Shown: positions 57,539 to 64,000 of the stretch, piece by piece
Layout of the letters: each line of letters begins with the position of its first letter
Numbering within the stretch: the stretch's first letter is position 1
From: a bacterium
Lineage (GTDB): Bacteria > UBA10199 > 2-02-FULL-44-16 > JAAZCA01
Direction of reading: 5' to 3'
Assembly: GCA_963674695.2 (NCBI GenBank)
Contig: CAXXGI010000003.1
Span: 1,027,658-1,091,657 of the forward strand
Length of the DNA: 64,000 nucleotides
Position numbers and translations under genes: made by a program
The notes under the pieces: model-generated
Seen by the model: the letters and a program-made list of their open reading frames with translations, nothing else
What the model was told of the DNA's origin: nothing
Database searches by the model: none

Positions 57539-59366
57539 CCGTCACACTCTTCGCCAAATTGCGAGGCTGGTCGACGTCGGTCCCTTTGTAGTCGGCCACA
57601 TAGTAGGCCATCAGCTGCAGCGGCACCGATGCGATCATCGGCATGGCCTCCCAGCCCACATCCGGCAGGGGAATAACGATATCGGCCTTCGACCGCAGGG
57701 CCTCGTCATCAGCACTTCCCAGGGCGATCACGAATGCCCCGCGCGCGCGCACCTCTTCGATGTTCGAGAGCACCTTGGCCTGCGTCGGCCCTCTCGGCGC
57801 CAGGGCCACCACGGGTGTCCCGTGATCGATGAGCGCGATCGGTCCATGTTTGAGTTCGCCGGCGGCAAATCCCTCGGCATGGATGTAGGAGATCTCTTTG
57901 AGCTTGAGCGCGCCCTCGAGTGCCACCGGAAAGTTCGCCCCGCGACCGATGAAGAGCACGCTCCTGGCCTCTGCGATCGGCTCGATCGTCGACTTAACCA
58001 CGTCGGCGTTGTCCAAAAACTCCTGCACCAGACGGGAGAGCCGCACCAGTTCATCAAGCCGATCGTGCAGCACATTCGGCTCGATGCGCCCTAAACGCGT
58101 GGCCAAATCGAGGGCGAAGAGATTGAGGACGACCAGCTGCGTGGTGAAGGCTTTGGTGGAGGCCACGCCAATCTCCGGCCCCGCATGCGTGTAGAGGGTG
58201 GCATCGCTGGCGCGCGGAATGGAGCTTCCCACGACGTTGCAGATGGCGAGCGTCAGCGCACCGAGCGTGCTCGCCTGACGCTGGGCGGCCAGCGTGTCGG
58301 CTGTCTCACCCGACTGCGAGATCGGGATGACCAGCGTGCGGTCGTCGATGAGCGGATTGCGATAGCGAAACTCGGAGGCGAGATCGACCGTCACCGGAAC
58401 GCGAGCGAGCGATTCGATCAGATATTTTCCCACCATGCCCGCGTGATAAGAGGTCCCGCAGGCGATGATCACGATACGATCGAAGCGGGGTTTATCTCCC
58501 TCGTAGAGCGGGGCGCAGTCCTCCAGATCGACGCGCCCCTGATCGCGATCGATGCGCCCAGCCAGGGCATCGCGCATCGTCAGCGGCTGTTCGTATATCT
58601 CCTTGAGCATGAAGTGCTTGTAGCCACCGCGCTCGGCCATCACCGGATTCCACGGGATGTGCTGAGCTGCGCGCGTCACCTTCTCCCCCTCGGCGTCGGC
58701 CATGGACACACCATCAGCGGAGAGCATGGCGTAATCGCCATCCTCGAGAAAGATCATCTCACGCGTATAGGGCAGCAGCGCCGGGATATCGGAGGCGACA
58801 AAGGCCCCCTCTTCATTGGCGCCCACCACCAGAGGACTTCCGTTTTTGGCCACATAGAGCCGGTCGGGTTCACGGGTGTCCATGATGACCAGCGCATACG
58901 AACCGGAAAGCCGCGCCGTCGCCCGACGGATGGCCTGCGTCGTGGTCAGCCCCTCGCGCTGATGGTAGTAATCGATGAGATGGCAGATGACCTCGGTGTC
59001 GGTCTCGGAGGTGAACTCCTGCCCCTCCCCCTGAAGAAAACGCTTGAGCTCGTCGTAGTTCTCGATGATGCCGTTGTGCACCAGGACGATGTCACCCGCG
59101 CAGTGAGGATGCGCATTCGTTTCCGACGGCCGCCCGTGCGTCGCCCAACGCGTATGCCCGATACCGATGGTGCCGCTGACCGGCTCGCCCTGGAGGAGGT
59201 TTTCCAGATGCACAAGCTTTCCCTCTGTGCGCCGGATCGCCACGCCGTCCGAGGTATGCACCGCGATGCCTGCGGAGTCATACCCGCGATACTCCAAGCG
59301 TTTGAGCCCGTCGAGCAACACGGGCGTTGCGTTTTCCCGTCCGAAATAGCCGATGATGCCGCACAT
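57531..59366 (-). CDS. glmS: Glutamine-fructose-6-phosphate aminotransferase
   Basis: MCGIIG, RGYDSAG, HTRWATHG, SQSGET, PRNLAKSVTVE. Confidence 0.97.
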   Translation of the reverse strand: MCGIIGYFGRENATPVLLDGLKRLEYRGYDSAGIAVHTSDGVAIRRTEGKLVHLENLLQGEPVSGTIGIGHTRWATHGRPSETNAHPHCAGDIVLVHNGIIENYDELKRFLQGEGQEFTSETDTEVICHLIDYYHQREGLTTTQAIRRATARLSGSYALVIMDTREPDRLYVAKNGSPLVVGANEEGAFVASDIPALLPYTREMIFLEDGDYAMLSADGVSMADAEGEKVTRAAQHIPWNPVMAERGGYKHFMLKEIYEQPLTMRDALAGRIDRDQGRVDLEDCAPLYEGDKPRFDRIVIIACGTSYHAGMVGKYLIESLARVPVTVDLASEFRYRNPLIDDRTLVIPISQSGETADTLAAQRQASTLGALTLAICNVVGSSIPRASDATLYTHAGPEIGVASTKAFTTQLVVLNLFALDLATRLGRIEPNVLHDRLDELVRLSRLVQEFLDNADVVKSTIEPIAEARSVLFIGRGANFPVALEGALKLKEISYIHAEGFAAGELKHGPIALIDHGTPVVALAPRGPTQAKVLSNIEEVRARGAFVIALGSADDEALRSKADIVIPLPDVGWEAMPMIASVPLQLMAYYVADYKGTDVDQPRNLAKSVTVE

Positions 59367-59475
59367 ACGGAATCCCCTTCCGTTACAATGGTGTGATCAC
59401 CCCAACAACCGGCCGAACGACTCGTCGCATAACACACGACACGGCGATCTGAGAAGAAAAATATCCTGAAAAACC

Positions 59476-59668
59476 GTGATTGGTGATTCGTAATGAGAGT
59501 CTGTCAGGAAATGACGCTTTCACTGGTTTTTGTCATTCCCGAGAAAGCGGGAATCTCGATTTTTCAAGTACTTCGAGATTCCCGCCTTCGCGGGAATGAC
59601 AGCAAAAACCCTTTTCCCGACAGACTCTAATGAGTGATTGGCAAGATCAAAACCAATCACTAATCACC
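59476..59668 (-). repeat. Inverted 7-bp junction array (GTGATTG-type) after glmU, interrupted by a MITE
   Basis: + strand GTGATTG GTGATTC GTAATG[MITE]A GTGATTG ... CCAATCACTAATCAC. Confidence 0.7.
59496..59628. mobile_element. MITE-like element with TIRs and 4-bp target duplication, carrying GTCATTCCCG...CGGGAATGAC palindrome
   Basis: TIR AGAGTCTGTCAGGAAA / TTTCCCGACAGACTCT; AATG direct repeat on both sides. Confidence 0.75.
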
Positions 59669-61037
59669 GTTTTTTCCGTTTCGCCCATCCTCGCACAACC
59701 TTCTGCTCCGCCCGAGAAATGCCCAGCGCGCCGGCAGGCACATCCTTGGTAATCGTCGATCCCGCACCGATGGTAGCGCCACGCCCCACGCGCACCGGGG
59801 CGATGAACTGCGTGTCGGAACCGATGAACGTCTCCTCGCCGATGATCGTACGGTGTTTGTTCACGCCGTCGTAGTTACAGGTGATCGTCCCACAGCCGAT
59901 GTTGGCCCCCCGGCCCACCGTGGCATCGCCCAGATAGGTGAGGTGATTGGCCTTGGCCCCATCCTTCAAATCACATTTTTTGAGTTCAACGAAGTTGCCC
60001 ACGCGCGCGGCGCGACCCACCTTCGAATCGGGGCGAATGCGCGCAAAGGGCCCGACGATCGCGCCATCGGCGATGCGACTCCCTTCGAGCACGCTGTGGG
60101 CCTTGATGTGCACGCCACTGCCCACCACGCAGTCGCGAATGACAACGCCGTTTTCGATGATGCTGTTCGCACCGATGCGCGTGTTTCCCTGCAGAAAGCT
60201 GAACGGCGCGATACTCGTGTCCGCACCGATGGTCACATCGGCATCGACGATCGTGTGCAGATCGTCGAGGATGCCAACCCCATTCATCATATGTCGTCGG
60301 TTGATGCGCTCGCGCATGATGCGCGCCACCTGGGCCAGCTCGACGCGATTGTTGATGGCGAGAAAATCATGCGCATCGGCCGCCCGATGGGCCAGGCGTT
60401 TCACGCCCTCTTTCATCGCCAACCCGACCAGGTCGGTGAGATAGTATTCCTGCTTCACGTTGTCGCACCCCACGCGCGCCAGCGCCTTGGCGAGCCATTC
60501 GGCCTCGGCACAGATGACCCCCGTGTTCACCTCTCGAATGCGCCGCTGCTCGTCGGTGGCATCCTTGGCCTCGACGATATGGATCATGCGCCCGTCCAGG
60601 TCGCGCACGATCCGCCCATAGGCGCCGGGCTCTTCCAGCTGCATCGTCAAGACGCCCAGCTGCGCCTTCTGCGCGCGCATCGCCCGCACGAAGCACCCGA
60701 ACTCCTCGGGCCGCACGAGCGGCGCATCGCCGCAGAGGATGAGCACGAGACCCGAATGACGCCCCAATGCCGCCATCCCCGCCGATGCCGCATGGGCCGT
60801 ACCCAGAGGCTCGCGCTGGATCGCCTCAGCCAAACCCTGCTCACGAAGGTAAGAGGAGAGATCATCCTGTTTGGGCCCGCGCACGACGATGATCGGATCT
60901 GCCCCACAGCTGCGCGCGGCAGCGATCGGATAGGATACCACCGGACGACCGGCCAGGTCGTGCAACACCTTCGAACGGGACGACTTCATCCGCGTGGACT
61001 GACCCGCGGCCAAAATGATACTCGCCAGATCTTTCAT
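59664..61037 (-). CDS. glmU: Bifunctional UDP-GlcNAc pyrophosphorylase / acetyltransferase
   Basis: LAAGQSTRMKS, LGTAHA, EYYLTD, GNFVE, HLTYLGD, NYDG. Confidence 0.96.
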   Translation of the reverse strand: MKDLASIILAAGQSTRMKSSRSKVLHDLAGRPVVSYPIAAARSCGADPIIVVRGPKQDDLSSYLREQGLAEAIQREPLGTAHAASAGMAALGRHSGLVLILCGDAPLVRPEEFGCFVRAMRAQKAQLGVLTMQLEEPGAYGRIVRDLDGRMIHIVEAKDATDEQRRIREVNTGVICAEAEWLAKALARVGCDNVKQEYYLTDLVGLAMKEGVKRLAHRAADAHDFLAINNRVELAQVARIMRERINRRHMMNGVGILDDLHTIVDADVTIGADTSIAPFSFLQGNTRIGANSIIENGVVIRDCVVGSGVHIKAHSVLEGSRIADGAIVGPFARIRPDSKVGRAARVGNFVELKKCDLKDGAKANHLTYLGDATVGRGANIGCGTITCNYDGVNKHRTIIGEETFIGSDTQFIAPVRVGRGATIGAGSTITKDVPAGALGISRAEQKVVRGWAKRKKR

Positions 61038-61224
61038 CGCTCTTACTCCCTTCGACGATCGCCCCTCACCGCAACCATAAATAAACCTATCATTCCATGA
61101 AGTTAAGAGGTCTCACGCCGTCCTGAAAGACGACAGGAATTGAAGTTGGCGGACTATAGCCACCGCCCCTGGTGAACACAAGGCGATTTTGACAGGTCGG
61201 GATCGGGTGTGCTAGGCAACCGGA

Positions 61225-61782
61225 ATGAGGAACGAAGAACACAGGGAACCCCCGATCTCCAACAGCGCCGGAAGCGCGCCCGCAAGGAGTCGAAGGCCAT
61301 CGCCGTCAGCGCGGCGTTGGCGTCCATCGCGCGCAACCCTCATCAACTTCAGTGCCCTGCTGGCGCTGTTTGCCTGCATCGCCGTCCTCCAACAGGTCAG
61401 CCAGCGCTGGTCTTCTCAGACGAAAGCCAGCACCGCCGTGCCCGTGACCATCGCCGCACTCCCTGCGCTCATGGAGCCGGCCCCCGCCCCGGTCGTGGTG
61501 AAAGCGGCGCTCCCCACACCGGAGGAACCGCGCGTTGCGGTCAAACGCACCGCAGTCAAAAAACGCCGCGCTCGGCGCGCACGAACAGTGCGCCAAAAAC
61601 GAAAAACGCCCTGGGATGCCGACCGCGCCTTTCGGGTCGAGGACCTGGACAACGAATCCACGAGGCAGCACTATCTGGTGACCAACAAGGCCTACACCAA
61701 AGGGAGCATCCCAAAAACACCAGCAGCTCCGACAAACCCCACACCACAACAGGAGTTCATCCCTTTTGAACGGACTCGGTGA
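61225..61782 (+). CDS. Hypothetical membrane-anchored basic protein
   Basis: One TM segment; stop lies in the junction array; start uncertain. Confidence 0.5.
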   Translation: MRNEEHREPPISNSAGSAPARSRRPSPSARRWRPSRATLINFSALLALFACIAVLQQVSQRWSSQTKASTAVPVTIAALPALMEPAPAPVVVKAALPTPEEPRVAVKRTAVKKRRARRARTVRQKRKTPWDADRAFRVEDLDNESTRQHYLVTNKAYTKGSIPKTPAAPTNPTPQQEFIPFERTR

Positions 61783-61841
61783 ACAGTGAATCGTAAACGG
61801 TGAACAGCAGACGGTTCACATTTCACGGTTCACGGTTCACG
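61779..61841 (+). repeat. Inverted 7-bp junction array before tldD
   Basis: GTGAACA GTGAATC GTAAACG GTGAACA GCAGACG GTTCACA TTTCACG GTTCACG GTTCACG. Confidence 0.85.
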
Positions 61842-61847
61842 GCCTTT

Positions 61848-63233
61848 ATGATCGATACCATCCCCATCGACAAGATGATCCAGACGGCCATGCGTTATGG
61901 CGCCGACTTCGCCGAGGTCTTCGCCGAACGCACGCGCGCCACCACGATCGTGAGCGACGATCGCCGCCTCGAACAGGCGGCGACCTTCTTCGACTCAGGG
62001 GTCGCCATCCGAGCCATCAGCAATGGCCACACTGCGTTCGGCTCGACCAATGACCTGACCCGCAAGGGGTTGCTCACGCTTGCCCGCAGCGTGGGTAAGG
62101 CCGCACGTGCACCGTCGCGAGCCAGCAGCCAGATCCAGCTCATCGAACAGCGCGCGCAGACGATCGCCACCGTGAGCCAACACCCCTTCGGCATTCCGCT
62201 GGAGCAGAAATGCGCCATCGCCAGCCGCGCGAGCGAAACCGCCTTTCGCTGTGGCGACGCCATCCGCCAAGTGCGCGTCATCTACCGCGATCGCGTGCGT
62301 CGCATCCTCGTCGCCTCCTCGGAAGGCGTCTTCGCCACGGACGAACAGGTCAGCACCCTGCTGCACGTACAGGCCATCGCGGCCGACGGAGCGCTCCTGC
62401 AGACGGGCACCGAACCGGTCGGTGGATCCACCGGATTTGAAATCTTCGACACCACCCCGCCGGAAGAGATCGCGGAGCGCGCGGCACGCCGTGCCCTGCT
62501 CATGCTCTCCTCGCCCCCGGCACCAGCAGGATCGATGCCGGTGATCCTCTCCGCCGAAGCGGGCGGCACGATGATCCACGAAGCCGTCGGCCACGGCCTT
62601 GAAGCCGATCTCGCGGATGAAAACCTCTCGGTCTATTCCGGACGCATCGGCCAGCAGGTGGCCAACCCCGCCATCAGCGTCGTCGACGATGCCACGCTCG
62701 CCGGGGCACGCGGCTCCTTCACGATCGACGACGAGGGAACGCCCGCGCAACGCACCCTGCTGATCGAAGCGGGAATGCTCAAGCGCTACCTCTCCGATCG
62801 ACAGACCAAGGGACCGAAGAACACACACTCGACAGGCAACGGACGCCGGCAGAGCTACGCGCATCCGCCGGTCGTGCGCATGACCAACACCTTCATTCTG
62901 CCCGGAACGGACGACCCTGCACAGATCCTCGCGGAAACCCCCTCCGGCCTCTTCGTGCGCCGCATGGGCGGCGGGCAGGTCAACACCGTCAACGGCGACT
63001 TCGTCTTCGAAATTCAGGAAGGCTATCGCATCGAGGGGGGACAGATCGGCGAACCCGTGCGCGGGGCAACACTCGTCGGTAACGGACCCACAATCCTCGC
63101 CGCCATCGACCGCGTCGGAAACGATCTCGGCTTCTCCATCGGCACCTGCGGCAAGGACGGCCAAGAAGCTCCGGTCGCCTGCGGCCAACCCACCATCCGC
63201 ATCCCCGACATCGTCGTCGGCGGAACCGCCTGA
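61848..63233 (+). CDS. tldD: TldD metalloprotease
   Basis: HEAVGHGLEAD, DDEG, TGNGRR, RMTNT, CGKDGQ; start revised. Confidence 0.93.
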   Translation: MIDTIPIDKMIQTAMRYGADFAEVFAERTRATTIVSDDRRLEQAATFFDSGVAIRAISNGHTAFGSTNDLTRKGLLTLARSVGKAARAPSRASSQIQLIEQRAQTIATVSQHPFGIPLEQKCAIASRASETAFRCGDAIRQVRVIYRDRVRRILVASSEGVFATDEQVSTLLHVQAIAADGALLQTGTEPVGGSTGFEIFDTTPPEEIAERAARRALLMLSSPPAPAGSMPVILSAEAGGTMIHEAVGHGLEADLADENLSVYSGRIGQQVANPAISVVDDATLAGARGSFTIDDEGTPAQRTLLIEAGMLKRYLSDRQTKGPKNTHSTGNGRRQSYAHPPVVRMTNTFILPGTDDPAQILAETPSGLFVRRMGGGQVNTVNGDFVFEIQEGYRIEGGQIGEPVRGATLVGNGPTILAAIDRVGNDLGFSIGTCGKDGQEAPVACGQPTIRIPDIVVGGTA

Positions 63234-63440
63234 TCCACCTCATCTTCGTCGCTGAAGTGAGCCATCGTCCGACCGTGTGTTTTGCGGGGACCGCCGTCTC
63301 GGCTCAAACGCCGCCTCGACGGCTTTTTCTTCTTCCATCGCAGCATTCGCGATGAAAGAAGAGATCCCCTACAAACACACGGTCAAGCGATGGCTTCAAG
63401 AAATCATGCATAATCCGAGTTCTGGATTTAGCCCTCCTGA

Positions 63441-63640
63441 CTGCCACGGCATCCTTCCCGGAGGAGCCTAAAAGCGCGTTTGCGAGACCGACCGTAGGAG
63501 TCGTGAAAATGCTGACTGGTTTCGTGCGTTCGGGGCTGACGGAGGAAGACACGAACGCACGCTTCTGAAACCAGCGGCGTTTTCACGGCGAGTAGGGAGG
63601 CGAGCGCGCTCGAGCGACGAAGGGAAGGATGTCGTGGCAG
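63441..63640 (+). other. 200-nt structured element (family B), copy 2
   Basis: 19-bp terminal IR (one G-T), nested stems with the same core as 22948-23147. Confidence 0.65.
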
Positions 63641-63658
63641 GCAGTCGTCCGAATCACC

Positions 63659-63688
63659 GGTCACGAGTTACGAGTCACGAGTCACGGC
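63659..63688 (+). repeat. 7-bp array (AGTYACG-type) x4
   Basis: ggtcacg agttacg agtcacg agtcacg. Confidence 0.75.
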
Positions 63689-63884
63689 CTCTTTGTCGTG
63701 TCTATCTGGATGATTTGTTTGTGACGGTTTGAAATGAATGCGGTCTTTCTCGCGCTATCTCCTTGATGTTTCCGGGCCGTATAGAACGGTCACCGCGCCA
63801 ATCCTGAAGTGCGAAAGACCACAACAATTTCAAATTCCTGCCGATACTTCTTATGCAGGGGGGCATTACCGTAAGGAGGACCGC

Positions 63885-64000
63885 ATGGGAGACTTTTTAA
63901 GCCTCAGCGGTGCATGTACACATCGGGCTACCACCGGGATGTCCAAAGAGAGTCTCCATAAGGACTCGAGCGGCGAGGGCCTGTTCGACAAGGCCATCAG
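63885..64000 (+). CDS. Start of an unknown CDS (3'-truncated)
   Basis: RBS AAGGAGG, open frame to the window end. Confidence 0.5.
   Translation, partial: MGDFLSLSGACTHRATTGMSKESLHKDSSGEGLFDKAI

Noticed and set aside
59367-59663. glmS ribozyme upstream of glmS
   Set aside because: No recognisable ribozyme core; the region is explained by the array and the MITE.
63829-63848. Sigma-28 promoter (GCCGATA)
   Set aside because: The -10-like element is present but no correctly spaced -35 was seen.
1-64000. tRNA, rRNA, transposase, integrase or reverse transcriptase genes
   Set aside because: None recognised; any enzyme acting on the repeats or hairpins would have to be encoded elsewhere.

Overview
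GC-rich bacterial chromosomal window; gene content suggests an anaerobic, deltaproteobacteria-like organism (inference). It contains a group 3b [NiFe]-hydrogenase operon (hydBGDA), a permuted Rnf operon (apbE-rnfEABCDG), hypA/F/C/D/E, etfBA, ahcY, argR-argGH-proBA, glmUS, an intein-containing pcrA/uvrD, ribF, tldD, a three-gene HipA-type toxin-antitoxin island and several orphan secreted or lipoprotein genes. The most striking signal is non-genic: about 20 intergenic and 7 intragenic arrays of 7-, 8- or 9-bp tandem repeats from several unit families. At many operon junctions they form a fixed, transcription-polarised cassette (stop codon, forward array, reverse-complement array, start codon usually without a Shine-Dalgarno), and similar units are inserted in frame in HypF (six sites) and PcrA. 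Two dispersed structured-hairpin families with compensatory base changes and two MITE-like elements sharing one palindromic cargo were also found, often next to or inside the arrays. All calls were made by eye from the sequence and ORF track; no database search or folding computation was run.
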